Under the pieces are notes generated by a model, which did not search any database, was not told the DNA's origin, and worked only from the letters and a program-made list of their open reading frames with translations. The position numbers and the translations under genes are program-made. Positions 1 to 9,201 of a stretch of 63,641 nucleotides of DNA are shown in pieces. The stretch lies in the NCBI GenBank assembly GCA_964426415.1, contig CAYRQM010000006.1, positions 1-63,641 on the forward strand, read 5' to 3'. How positions within the stretch are numbered: position 1 is the stretch's first letter; each line of letters starts with the position of its first letter. Origin of the DNA: an uncultured Christensenella sp. GTDB taxonomy: Bacteria > Bacillota > Clostridia > Christensenellales > CAG-138.

Positions 1-47
1 AAGCGAAGGATCTCAGATTCTTCGTCGCTTTGCTCCTCAGAATGACA
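1..47. repeat. Partial copy of the GTCATCCTGAG..GAAGGATCT / AGATTCTTC..TCAGAATGAC palindromic (CGTC-REP-like) repeat, cut by the window edge
   Basis: aagcgaaggatctcagattcttcgtcgctttgctcctcagaatgaca shares the GAAGGATCT, AGATTCTTC and TCAGAATGAC blocks with the units at 36.3 kb and 61.2-61.8 kb. Confidence 0.8.
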
Positions 48-107
48 GGGCGCGGTGCCGCAGCCTCATTTCGTTGATTCATACAGTTTCTACTCAAGGA
101 TGGAGCT

Positions 108-1721
108 ATGCAACAAACACTCTACTTACCCAATCTCAGACGCGAATTGGATGCGACGGACGAATCGTTCGCCGCATCCTGTTGTCATAAATGCGGCATT
201 GCACGCGCCGACCTGCTGCGCGTGCGCATCGTGCGGCAATCGCTGGACGCGCGCAAAAAGCAAGACATCTTTTCCGTCGTACATGCCGAGCTGACCGTCA
301 CGGAGCGTGCGGCAAAGCACATCCTGCATTCCGCAGCGCTGCGCGCCGAGCGCGTCGCGCCCGAGCCTTCGGAGCCGCTGATCTTTGGGCAAGCGCCGCA
401 AACGGGCAGAATCGTGGTGGTGGGGCTTGGCCCCGGCGGGCTGTTCGCCGCTTGGCAGCTGGCAAAGAACGGGTATCGTCCGCTCGTGCTTGAGCGCGGC
501 AAGCCCATCGAACAGCGCGTGCAGGACGTGCAGGCCTACTGGAACGGCGAAGCACTGCAAGCAAACAGCAATGTCGCGTTTGGCGAAGGCGGCGCAGGCA
601 CGTTTTCCGACGGCAAGCTGACCACCCGCATCCGCGACCCACACATCGACGGCGTATTGGCGCAGTTCATTCACTGCGGCGCACCCGACGAAATTGCCTA
701 TCTGGCGAAGCCGCACATCGGCACCGACCGACTGCGGGACGTCGTCAAGCGGATGCGCACCGAGATCGAGGCGCTGGGCGGGGAAGTGCGCTTTTCCACC
801 ACGCTGACGGGGCTTACTACAAAGGACGGCGCGGTGAAATCCGTCACCGTTTCGCACAACGGCTCATCCGAATCGATTCCCTGCTGTGCGCTGCTGCTCG
901 CCATTGGGCAGGGTGCGCGGGACACCTATCGCATGCTGTTCGACGCGGGGCTGATGATGGCGCCCAAGCCCTTTGCCGTGGGCGTGCGGGCGGAGCATCC
1001 GCAGTCTCTCATCAACGAAAGCCAATATGGCGCGATGGCGCACGACCCGCGCCTTGGCGCCGCCGAATATCGGCTGACCGGCAAAAGCGGCGACCGCGGC
1101 GTATACACGTTTTGCATGTGCCCCGGCGGACGCGTGGTGGCAAGCGCCAGCGGCGACGAGCAGGTCGTGGTCAACGGCATGAGCGATTATGCCCGCGACG
1201 GCGAAAACGCCAACGCCGCCATCGTGGTGCAGGTGACGCCCGAAGACTTTGGCAGCCATCCCTTGGACGGGCTGCGCTTCCAAGAAGATTTAGAACGGCG
1301 CGCCTTCCTGCAGGGCGGCGCAGACGGCACGGCGCCCGCCTGTACGGTGGGCGATCTTTTGGCACATCGCGCCACAAAGCAATTCGGCGCCGTCAAACCC
1401 AGCTATCGTCCCGCCGTGCGCGGCGCGTCGCTGTTCGATTGCCTGCCGTCGTTTGTAGCACAAGGCGTTGCCGACGGGCTTTGCGCCTTTTCCCGTCAGC
1501 TCAAGGGCTATGACCGTGCCGACGCGGTGCTGACGGCGGTCGAAAGCCGCACGTCGTCGCCGCTGCGCATCCTGCGCGGCGCGGATATGCAGTCCACCTC
1601 CCATCGGGGCGTTTGGCCCATCGGCGAGGGCGCTGGCTACGCGGGCGGCATCGTCAGCGCGGCGGTAGACGGATGGAAAGCGGCGGCGTGCGTGATGCGC
1701 ATCTTCGAGCCGTCGCGGTGA
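108..1721 (+). CDS. NAD(P)/FAD-dependent oxidoreductase (uncharacterised FAD-dependent dehydrogenase family)
   Basis: Rossmann motif VVVGLGPGGLFAA; family motifs GEGGAGTFSDGKL, YTFCMCPGG and GEGAGYAGGIVSAAVDG; SD-like ggag upstream. Confidence 0.9.
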   Translation: MQQTLYLPNLRRELDATDESFAASCCHKCGIARADLLRVRIVRQSLDARKKQDIFSVVHAELTVTERAAKHILHSAALRAERVAPEPSEPLIFGQAPQTGRIVVVGLGPGGLFAAWQLAKNGYRPLVLERGKPIEQRVQDVQAYWNGEALQANSNVAFGEGGAGTFSDGKLTTRIRDPHIDGVLAQFIHCGAPDEIAYLAKPHIGTDRLRDVVKRMRTEIEALGGEVRFSTTLTGLTTKDGAVKSVTVSHNGSSESIPCCALLLAIGQGARDTYRMLFDAGLMMAPKPFAVGVRAEHPQSLINESQYGAMAHDPRLGAAEYRLTGKSGDRGVYTFCMCPGGRVVASASGDEQVVVNGMSDYARDGENANAAIVVQVTPEDFGSHPLDGLRFQEDLERRAFLQGGADGTAPACTVGDLLAHRATKQFGAVKPSYRPAVRGASLFDCLPSFVAQGVADGLCAFSRQLKGYDRADAVLTAVESRTSSPLRILRGADMQSTSHRGVWPIGEGAGYAGGIVSAAVDGWKAAACVMRIFEPSR

Positions 1722-1793
1722 TTGGCAAATCCTGTCGAACGCACGGCTGTACGCCAAAAAGTTGCGTTATCCTTGTGAAGACTTTTTTAACAA

Positions 1794-1817
1794 ACGCCCA
1801 CGGGCGTTCTTTTTTTC
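1794..1817 (+). terminator. Probable intrinsic terminator
   Basis: aacgccc-ac-gggcgtt hairpin followed by a T-run, downstream of the oxidoreductase. Confidence 0.55.
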
Positions 1818-1874
1818 AGAAAAATATGATATATACAGGGTAACGACCGCGAAACCCGCGGGAAAGGAGACGCC

Positions 1875-3902
1875 ATGAAGAAACATTTGGCAGGACTTTT
1901 GGCTTGCTTGCTGCTGCTTGCACTGCTGCCGTTTTCCACAAAAACGGAGGCGGCGGACGTCGTCGTGCGCGTCCTGCTCTCCACGGGCGGCGCAAGCACC
2001 GTCACCGTCGCCGTCAAGGGCAGCTATTTTGTGGACGGCAATTCCTTCACCGACGGCACGCTCACGGCGTCCATCGCAAGCGGCGTCATCACCGTGTCCC
2101 ATTCCAAGGGCGGCACGTTAAAGAGCGCGTCGGACAGCGTGCGGGTCGTGCGCCAAGACGCGGCATACGCCGACGCCAACCTCACGCTTTCGAGCAACAG
2201 CCGCGTGTATTTGGGCGATCTCGTCTTCTATAACGACGGCGGCACGCTGCGCGTGGTCAACTACGTCGATATGCATGCCTATCTGTACGGCGCCGTCAGC
2301 GGCGAAGTTTCCGAAAGCAGCCATGTCGAGCTGCTCAAAACCCAAACCATCGTGGCGAAGGGCTTTGCGCTTGCGGAGGTCGAGTCGCGGGCAAGCAAAT
2401 ACTTCGATGTATACGACACCACCACATCCCAGCTATATGTCGGCTATGTGGCGTCCGACGTGCGCACCATCGCCGCCGTGGACGCGGTTTGGCAGAATAC
2501 GCTGCGCTATGAGGGCAATACGGTCAAGACGTACTACAGCACCGCCAACGGCGGACAGGTCATCACGCCGCGTATCCGTTGGGGCGGTCTTGGCAATGCG
2601 GGCGCGTACTGGTTTGGCTATGACCCCTTCGACCTTGCGGGCAAGTCCACCAATGTGGTCATCACCGTTTCGGGCAATGCGCCAAGTGCGCTTCCCGCTG
2701 CGCTCTATCAAGCGTTTTTGGATATGGCGAGCGCCGCCGTGTCCGGTACGGCAACCGAAATCGTGTCCATCGACGCGCTGTGGGGCGTGTACGACGCGGA
2801 CAATCCCAACGGCACCGACCGCTATCCTGCCGCGCTGGCGCCTCAGACGCAATGCACCATCCAAATGACGGTCAAGCGCAGCGGCAAGGAGAACACCTCC
2901 GCCACCTGCACCTTTACCCTTGCCGCGCTGCAAAGCAGCGGCGTCGTCTCCGCTACGGGCAGCAACTCCTTTATCGTGCGCACCGCCGAACAGGAATGGA
3001 AGATCGTGTACGGCATCGCAAGCGGGCATCGCGCAGGGCTGTCGCATCGCGGCGCCACCGTCATGGCGGCACAGGGCTATGCGTATGTGGACATTCTCAA
3101 GTTCTACTATCGCGGCGCATCGCTGTATGACGCAAACGGCAGCGTCATCCCGTCCACAGCCACCTTTGCCTTCACCTATGAAGAGGGCAACACTGCAACC
3201 GCCACGCCCACCCAAACGGGCGGCGCAACCGCCACGCCGACGCCCACCGCAACGCCCACAGCTACGCCCACCGCCACGCCGAACGTACAGGAATACGCCA
3301 TCGTCATCGAGGGCGATCTCAATCTGCGCAGCGGCCCGTCCACCGCGTATGCGTCGCTGGGCAAGCTGGATCTTGGAACGATTCTGGGCGTCACCGCCGT
3401 TTCGGACGACTGGAAACAGGTCTTGGTTTGCGGCACGTCCGATGTGGGCTACGTCCACAAGGACTACATCAGCTATTACGAATTGGAGCCGACCCTCAAG
3501 ACGGAGGGCTATTGCAACGAATCGGGCACCAACTTCCGCTTGGGCCCGTCCACCAACTTTGCCTCCTTGGGCAAGCTGGATGCGGACACATCGTTGGGGC
3601 TGTACTATCTGTCGGGCAACTGGTACTATGCCATCGTGAAAAGCACGGGGCAGACGGGGTTCGTGTACAAGACGTACGTCACGGTCACGGGCGATTATTC
3701 GCCAAGCTATTCAAGGGGTGACGTCAATGGCGACCTTTGCGTCACCGCCGCCGACGCCGTGCCGATTCTGCGCTATTGCGCGGGGCTTTCGCAGCTTGAC
3801 GCCGCTCAGCTTGCCGCAGCAGATTTGACGGGCGACGGCGCCGTCACCGCAGCGGATGGTGCAATGCTGCTGCGCTTCTGCGTGGGGCTGGCAACCCTGT
3901 AA
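1875..3902 (+). CDS. Secreted SpoIID/LytB-domain peptidoglycan hydrolase with Thr/Pro linker, two SH3b domains and a C-terminal dockerin
   Basis: Signal peptide; SpoIID motifs VVNYVDMHAYLYGAVSGE, FDVYDTTTSQLY, GHRAGLSHRGA and YVDILKFYY; TATPT repeats; LNLRSGPST and TNFRLGPST SH3b motifs; duplicated GDVNGD..VTAADA..ILR dockerin; SD aaggag. Confidence 0.88.
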   Translation: MKKHLAGLLACLLLLALLPFSTKTEAADVVVRVLLSTGGASTVTVAVKGSYFVDGNSFTDGTLTASIASGVITVSHSKGGTLKSASDSVRVVRQDAAYADANLTLSSNSRVYLGDLVFYNDGGTLRVVNYVDMHAYLYGAVSGEVSESSHVELLKTQTIVAKGFALAEVESRASKYFDVYDTTTSQLYVGYVASDVRTIAAVDAVWQNTLRYEGNTVKTYYSTANGGQVITPRIRWGGLGNAGAYWFGYDPFDLAGKSTNVVITVSGNAPSALPAALYQAFLDMASAAVSGTATEIVSIDALWGVYDADNPNGTDRYPAALAPQTQCTIQMTVKRSGKENTSATCTFTLAALQSSGVVSATGSNSFIVRTAEQEWKIVYGIASGHRAGLSHRGATVMAAQGYAYVDILKFYYRGASLYDANGSVIPSTATFAFTYEEGNTATATPTQTGGATATPTPTATPTATPTATPNVQEYAIVIEGDLNLRSGPSTAYASLGKLDLGTILGVTAVSDDWKQVLVCGTSDVGYVHKDYISYYELEPTLKTEGYCNESGTNFRLGPSTNFASLGKLDADTSLGLYYLSGNWYYAIVKSTGQTGFVYKTYVTVTGDYSPSYSRGDVNGDLCVTAADAVPILRYCAGLSQLDAAQLAAADLTGDGAVTAADGAMLLRFCVGLATL

Positions 3903-3921
3903 ATCAACAATTACGACAACA

Positions 3922-3950
3922 CACCCGCAGTCGAGTGGCTGCGGGTGCTT
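3922..3950. terminator. Hairpin between convergent genes (likely bidirectional terminator)
   Basis: cacccgcagtc-gagt-ggctgcgggtg. Confidence 0.6.
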
Positions 3951-3956
3951 TGCTAT

Positions 3957-5282
3957 TTAAGAATTTTTGCGCAGCGCGTCGCGGCGCTGATGGTTTTCGC
4001 GGATCTTGGCTTCCTGCCCTTGGTCGGACGGCTCATAGTAGCGCTTGCCGACCAGCTCGGTGGGCATATATTGCTGCTCGACCCAATGGGCGGGATAGTT
4101 GTGCGGATAGCGATAGCCCTTGCCGGCGCCAAGCTTGGCGGCGCCTTGGTAACTGGTGTCGCGCAGATGCACGGGTACGGGCTGAAAGATGTCGCCATGC
4201 TCGGTATCGGCGAATGCGGCGTCCATGGCGATGCAAACGCTGTTGGACTTGGGCGATTCGCACAGGAACAGGATTGCCTGCGACAGGGAAAGCCGCGCTT
4301 CGGGCAGACCGATGGTTTCCAACGCCTGCGCCGCCGCCACCGCCTGCACCATCGCCTGCGGATTGGCAAGCCCGATGTCTTCGCTGGCATGCGCGATGAG
4401 CCGCCGCGCAATGATGCGCGGATCGCAGCCCGCGTACAAAAGACGGGAGAACCACGCCAGCGCCGCGTCGCTGTCACCGCCGCGCAGACTCTTGCAAAAG
4501 GCGGAAAGCATATCGTAAAACTGTTGATCGTCGCACTGCACCACCTTGCGCTGTCCCGATTCGCTTGCGATTTCACGGGTGATGACAATGACGCCTTTCT
4601 CGTCGGGCGGCGTGGTCAACACGGCAAGCTCCAAGGCGTTAAGGGCGTTGCGGCAGTCGCCGTTGGACAGGGAGATGAACGCGTCATACGCGCCCTCTTC
4701 CAAGGTGACGGCACGATCGCCGTAGCCGTTTTGCGCATCGGTCACCGCTTGATCGATGGCGCGGCGAATGTCGTCGGCGGTCAGCGGGAAGAACTGGAAC
4801 ACGCGGCAGCGCGACACGATGGCGGCGGTCATGGAGACCATGGGGTTTTCGGTGGTAGAACCGATGAAGCGAATCACGCCGCTTTCCAGTGCGGGCAGCA
4901 GCGCGTCCGATTGGGTTTTCGACCAGCGGTGGCATTCGTCCAGCAGCAGGTAGGTGGGACGTGATTCCATGCGCAGCGCATCGGCAGCCGCGTCGATCAC
5001 GGCGCGCAGCTCTTTGACGCCGCTCGAAACGGCGTTGATTTTGACGAATCGGGCGCCCGTCGTTTCGGCAATGATGTGCGCCAAGGTGGTTTTGCCGGTG
5101 CCCGGCGGGCCGAAGAAGATGGACGACCACAGCGAGTCGGTCAAGATGGCGCGGCGCAAAAGCCGCCCTTCACCGACGATATGGGCTTGCCCAATGAATC
5201 GATCGAGCGTTTTGGGGCGCATACGGTCTGCCAACGGCGCGTTTTCGTGTAAATTGTGTGAAAAAAGATCGTTGTTTTCCAT
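3957..5282 (-). CDS. rarA: Replication-associated recombination protein A (RarA/MgsA AAA+ ATPase)
   Basis: APLADRMRPKTL, Walker A GPPGTGKTT, FIGSTTENP, EDIGLANP, VPVHLRD and YRYPH. Start placed at 5282 (alternative 5291) instead of the ORF-track 5444, which overlaps typA. Confidence 0.93.
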   Translation of the reverse strand: MENNDLFSHNLHENAPLADRMRPKTLDRFIGQAHIVGEGRLLRRAILTDSLWSSIFFGPPGTGKTTLAHIIAETTGARFVKINAVSSGVKELRAVIDAAADALRMESRPTYLLLDECHRWSKTQSDALLPALESGVIRFIGSTTENPMVSMTAAIVSRCRVFQFFPLTADDIRRAIDQAVTDAQNGYGDRAVTLEEGAYDAFISLSNGDCRNALNALELAVLTTPPDEKGVIVITREIASESGQRKVVQCDDQQFYDMLSAFCKSLRGGDSDAALAWFSRLLYAGCDPRIIARRLIAHASEDIGLANPQAMVQAVAAAQALETIGLPEARLSLSQAILFLCESPKSNSVCIAMDAAFADTEHGDIFQPVPVHLRDTSYQGAAKLGAGKGYRYPHNYPAHWVEQQYMPTELVGKRYYEPSDQGQEAKIRENHQRRDALRKNS

Positions 5283-5289
5283 GTTTTCC

Positions 5290-5330
5290 ATTATAACACG
5301 CTTGCGTAAGAAAGAAAAGCGGTGTATAAT
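5290..5330. promoter_or_regulatory. Back-to-back sigmaA promoters for rarA (-) and typA (+)
   Basis: + strand TTGCGT(5302)-17 bp-TATAAT(5325); - strand extended -10 TGtTATAAT 7 nt before the rarA ATG. Confidence 0.65.
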
Positions 5331-5378
5331 AGGCGCGCTTGATTTTTTTGAAGAATCCGAATCAGGAAAGAGGAACCT

Positions 5379-7202
5379 ATGAATATCCGAAATGTGGCGA
5401 TCATCGCCCATGTCGATCACGGCAAGACCACGTTGGTCGATCAACTGTTAAAGGACGCAGGCGCACTGCGCCGCAACGAACAAGGCACCGAGCGCATTAT
5501 GGACAGCGGCGACTTGGAGCGGGAGCGCGGCATCACGATCCTGTCCAAGAACACCACCGTCACCTATGGCGACACGCGCATCAACATCATTGACACACCG
5601 GGCCACGCCGACTTTGGCGGCGAGGTCGAGCGTATCCTGCAGATGGTCGACGGCGTGCTGCTGCTCATCGACGCGTTTGAGGGCTGCATGCCCCAGACGC
5701 GATTCGTGCTGCGCAAAGCGCTGGAGCTGAACAAGAAAGCGGTCGTCGTGGTCAACAAGGTCGATCGCCCCGAAGCCCGTCCCTACGAAGTGGTGGACGA
5801 GGCGTTGGAGCTGTTCATCGAGCTGGGCGCATCCGACGAGCAAATCGACTTCCCCATCGTGTACGCCAGTGCGCGCAACGGGATGTCGGGCTACGAGCCC
5901 GATCAAATGGAGCACAATATGCGCGCCATCTTTGACACCATCCTCAAAGAGATTCCGGCGCCCTGCACCGATACGGAAGCGCCGCTGCAAATTCTGTTTT
6001 CCACCATCGACTACGACGACTATGTGGGCAAGATCGGCGTGGGCCGCATCGAGCGCGGCATTGCGCGGCGCGGTCAGCCCATCGTGCTGTGCGGCGGGCA
6101 GCAAAACCTGCGGCGCGACGCCAAAATCACGCGGCTCTATCATTTCGAAGGGCTTGCCCGTGTCGAAATCGAAGAGGGCTTGGCGGGCGACATCGTGTGC
6201 GTGGCGGGCGTAGAAGACTTAAACGTGGGCGAAACCGCCTGCGATCCCACCTGCGTGGAGCCGATGCCGTTCGTCCACATCGACGAGCCCACCGTGTCCA
6301 TGCTGTTCCTTGTCAACGACAGTCCGTTTGCGGGCAAGGAGGGCAAGTATGTCACCAGCCGCAACCTGCGCGACCGTCTGTATACCGAGGTCAAGACCAA
6401 CGTTTCCATGCGCGTCGAGGACACCGATTCCACCGACACGTTCCGCGTCAGCGGCAGAGGCGAGCTGCATCTTTCCATCCTCATCGAGCAGATGCGGCGA
6501 CAAGGCTTCGAGTTCGCCGTGTCCCGTCCCAAGGTCATCCTGCATCGGGACGCCAACGGCGTCGTCACCGAGCCCATCGAAGAATTGACCATCGACGTTC
6601 CGCAGGAATATGTGGGCGCCGTCATGGACAAGCTGGGACAGCGACACGCCGAGATGGTCGACATGACCGCCTTGGGCGATACGGGCACACGGCTCAAGTT
6701 CCTAATCCCCGCCCGTGGCTTGATGGGCTATCGCAGCGAGCTGCTCACCGACACCCGCGGCAACGGCGTCATGAACCACCTGTTCCACGGCTACGAGCCG
6801 TATAAGGGCGAGATCGCCGAGCGCAAAACGGGCAGCTTGGTGGCGCACGAAACGGGCGACAGCTGCTCCTACGGGCTGTTCTACGCGCAAGACCGCGGTC
6901 GCATGTTCATCGGTTCCGGCGTTCCCGTGTACGAGGGCGAAATCGTGGGCGAATGCGCCCGCGCCGACGACATCGTGGTCAACGTCTGCAAGAAGAAGCA
7001 CGTCACCAATATGCGTGCATCGGGAAGCGACGACGCGCTGCGGCTGACGCCGCCCACCTTCTTCACGCTGGAACAGTGCCTCGAATTCATCGCGGACGAC
7101 GAATTGGTCGAGGTCACGCCCCAAAACATTCGGATGCGCAAGCGGGTGCTGTCCAAAGAGCTGCGCATGAAGCAAGCGGCGCGCATCATCAAAGAATCCT
7201 AA
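5379..7202 (+). CDS. typA: Translational GTPase TypA/BipA
   Basis: RNVAIIAHVDHGKTTLVD, ERERGITILSK, DTPGHADFGGEVER, NKVD, VSGRGELHL and DELVEVTP. Confidence 0.97.
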   Translation: MNIRNVAIIAHVDHGKTTLVDQLLKDAGALRRNEQGTERIMDSGDLERERGITILSKNTTVTYGDTRINIIDTPGHADFGGEVERILQMVDGVLLLIDAFEGCMPQTRFVLRKALELNKKAVVVVNKVDRPEARPYEVVDEALELFIELGASDEQIDFPIVYASARNGMSGYEPDQMEHNMRAIFDTILKEIPAPCTDTEAPLQILFSTIDYDDYVGKIGVGRIERGIARRGQPIVLCGGQQNLRRDAKITRLYHFEGLARVEIEEGLAGDIVCVAGVEDLNVGETACDPTCVEPMPFVHIDEPTVSMLFLVNDSPFAGKEGKYVTSRNLRDRLYTEVKTNVSMRVEDTDSTDTFRVSGRGELHLSILIEQMRRQGFEFAVSRPKVILHRDANGVVTEPIEELTIDVPQEYVGAVMDKLGQRHAEMVDMTALGDTGTRLKFLIPARGLMGYRSELLTDTRGNGVMNHLFHGYEPYKGEIAERKTGSLVAHETGDSCSYGLFYAQDRGRMFIGSGVPVYEGEIVGECARADDIVVNVCKKKHVTNMRASGSDDALRLTPPTFFTLEQCLEFIADDELVEVTPQNIRMRKRVLSKELRMKQAARIIKES

Positions 7203-7210
7203 ATCACGGC

Positions 7211-7238
7211 AAGGCTCCCGCGTGGGGAGCCTTTTTTG
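7211..7238 (+). terminator. Intrinsic terminator after typA
   Basis: aaggctccc-gcgtg-gggagcctt followed by a T-run. Confidence 0.75.
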
Positions 7239-7254
7239 AAAGGCGGAACAACCT

Positions 7255-7749
7255 ATGACCATTCGACGCGCAAAAACGTCCGACGCAAGTCGGCTCAACG
7301 ATCTGCTGTACCAAGTGCAGGCGGTGCATGCCGCGCTGCGCCCCGACATCTTCCCGAGCGGCGGCAAAAAATATACCGATGCACAGGTCGCGGCGCTGAT
7401 TCTCGACGACACGCGCCCCATCTTCGTCGCGGCGGACGATACCGATACCGTGCTGGGATACGCCATGTGCGTCCATCACATCACACCGCCGTCGGCGGCG
7501 CTTTTGGGCTACGATACGCTGTACTTAGACGATCTGTGCGTGGACGAAACCAAGCGGCACGGCGGCGTCGGACGGGCGCTGTTTGCCCATGTTTGCGAAA
7601 CGGCAAAAGCGATGGGCTGCCAAAGCGTCACGCTCAACGTGTGGAACGGCAACGACGACGCCGCACAGTTCTATCGGGATCGCGGCATGACGGTGCAGCG
7701 CACCACCATGGAGGTTCGGTTCGATTCGACAGACGGGAACAAGATCTGA
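7255..7749 (+). CDS. GNAT family N-acetyltransferase
   Basis: LYLDDLCVDETKRHGGVGRAL (motif A) and VTLNVWNGNDDAAQFY. Confidence 0.88.
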   Translation: MTIRRAKTSDASRLNDLLYQVQAVHAALRPDIFPSGGKKYTDAQVAALILDDTRPIFVAADDTDTVLGYAMCVHHITPPSAALLGYDTLYLDDLCVDETKRHGGVGRALFAHVCETAKAMGCQSVTLNVWNGNDDAAQFYRDRGMTVQRTTMEVRFDSTDGNKI

Positions 7750-7827
7750 TAAAACATATATTTTTTCTTGCGCAGAAGGGGTCAGTTGTGGTAAACTGAC
7801 GAGAATCCGAGAGAGGGGAGAACATTC

Positions 7828-8664
7828 ATGAGAAAAGACGGCAGACGGCTGAAGACAATGCAGCCGATGTACCAAGTCGCGGCGCACATCATGGCGGATC
7901 GGAACGATTCGATGAACATGGTGGAGGTGGACTTGGAATTCGATCCCATGCAAAAGTTTCTGAACGAGCAGCGCAAGTCGGGCAAACGCTATTCGCACTT
8001 GGCGCTCATCATCGCGGCGTACGTCCGCACCATTGCGGCGTATCCGCTTTTGAACCGCTTCGTGGTCAACAAATGCATCTACGCCCGCAACGAAATCGCC
8101 ATCGGCATGGTCGTGCTGAAGCCCGGCGAGACGGAGGGCACGATGAACAAAATGTACTTCCAGCCCACCAACACGCTGGACGAGGTGCAGAACATTTTGG
8201 ACAAATACGTCGAAGAGAACCGCGCCGTAGGCGACACCAACAAGACGGACGATCTGATCCGCACGCTGTTGGGCATTCCGGGGCTTTGCCGCTTTGGCGT
8301 CAACGTGTTCAAGTGGCTGGATAAGCACGGCTTGCTTTCCAAGAGCATCATCCAAGCAAGCCCGTTCCACTGCACCATGACCGTCACGAACCTTGCCAGC
8401 ATCCGCACCAACTACATCTATCACCATGTGTACAATTTCGGCACCACGTCGCTGCTGATGGCGCTGGGCACCGCGCGTGAAGTTCCCATGCGGCGCCATG
8501 GCGAAATCGAGTTCGTCAAGTGCACCCCCGCCGGCATCGTCATGGACGAGCGCGTCGCGTCGGGCTCGGCATACGCCGCCGCATTCAAGTATTTTCAGCG
8601 CCTGCTCAAAGACCCCCTGCCGCTCATGACCCCGCCCGCCTGCGTGGTGGCGGAGATTGACTGA
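7828..8664 (+). CDS. Stand-alone 2-oxoacid dehydrogenase E2 catalytic-domain-like (CAT-fold acyltransferase) protein
   Basis: YPLLNRFV, TMTVTNLASI and a C-terminal VMDERVASG at the position of the DHRxxDG motif; no lipoyl domain. Confidence 0.7.
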   Translation: MRKDGRRLKTMQPMYQVAAHIMADRNDSMNMVEVDLEFDPMQKFLNEQRKSGKRYSHLALIIAAYVRTIAAYPLLNRFVVNKCIYARNEIAIGMVVLKPGETEGTMNKMYFQPTNTLDEVQNILDKYVEENRAVGDTNKTDDLIRTLLGIPGLCRFGVNVFKWLDKHGLLSKSIIQASPFHCTMTVTNLASIRTNYIYHHVYNFGTTSLLMALGTAREVPMRRHGEIEFVKCTPAGIVMDERVASGSAYAAAFKYFQRLLKDPLPLMTPPACVVAEID

Positions 8665-8690
8665 ATAGCATCGGCGCATTGCGTTTTTGG

Positions 8691-8718
8691 GAAAGGGGTG
8701 CAGCTTGCGCCCCTTTCT
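8691..8718 (+). terminator. Probable terminator hairpin
   Basis: gaaaggggtgc-agctt-gcgcccctttc. Confidence 0.55.
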
Positions 8719-8761
8719 CATGTTCTGATTTCTTGGAGCCCGTTTGCCGCGGGGCCATTTC

Positions 8762-9052
8762 GTAGGGGCAGATACCATCTGCCCGCCGTGTGAAGCTTGC
8801 GTGCGAGATCCTTCGCCAAAGCGCAGGATGACAGGACACGGTTTTTGCGTCCCTTTCCCGAAAAGCGTGTACGCGGGTTTCCCAATGCAAATGTCAATAA
8901 TTCCGCTCGCTTTCCGTCCCCCGTTGTCATTCTGACGCAGCGAAGCAAGGAAGAATCTCCCGCTTGCGTGCGAGATCCTTCGCCAAAGCGCAGGATGACA
9001 GGACACGGTTTTTGCGCTCCTTCCCCGAAAAGCGTGTACGCGGGGTGTTCAC
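8762..9052 (-). repeat. Composite palindromic repeat: GTAG-type REP (8762-8785) plus ~1.5 copies of the ~171-bp unit in reverse orientation
   Basis: gtaggggcagataccatctgccc; gcttgcgtgcgagatccttcgccaaagcgcaggatgacaggacacggtttttgcg occurs twice (8795 and 8962); the reverse complement matches the array unit at 61142-61783. Confidence 0.88.
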
Positions 9053-9094
9053 CAAAAATGGTCGACAGCGAAGTGAAAGGCGTAACGTCCGCGT

Positions 9095-9133
9095 AAAGAA
9101 AGTCACGATTCTCAAAAGAATCGTGACTTTCTT
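9095..9133. terminator. Strong hairpin upstream of the recF promoter
   Basis: aagaaagtcacgattct-caaa-agaatcgtgactttctt perfect inverted repeat. Confidence 0.6.
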
Positions 9134-9144
9134 CTATATTTATA

Positions 9145-9173
9145 TTTACAAAGTACATCAAACGTGGTATACT
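9145..9173 (+). promoter_or_regulatory. sigmaA-type promoter for the recF-gyrBA operon
   Basis: TTTACA-17 bp-TATACT with extended TG. Confidence 0.65.
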
Positions 9174-9201
9174 AAACCATGTTATTGTGCGGGAGGATAG
9201 G

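Noticed and set aside
1722..1874. c-di-AMP or other riboswitch ahead of the SpoIID-like gene
   Set aside because: The leader is short and lacks recognisable aptamer motifs; the hairpin is explained as the upstream terminator
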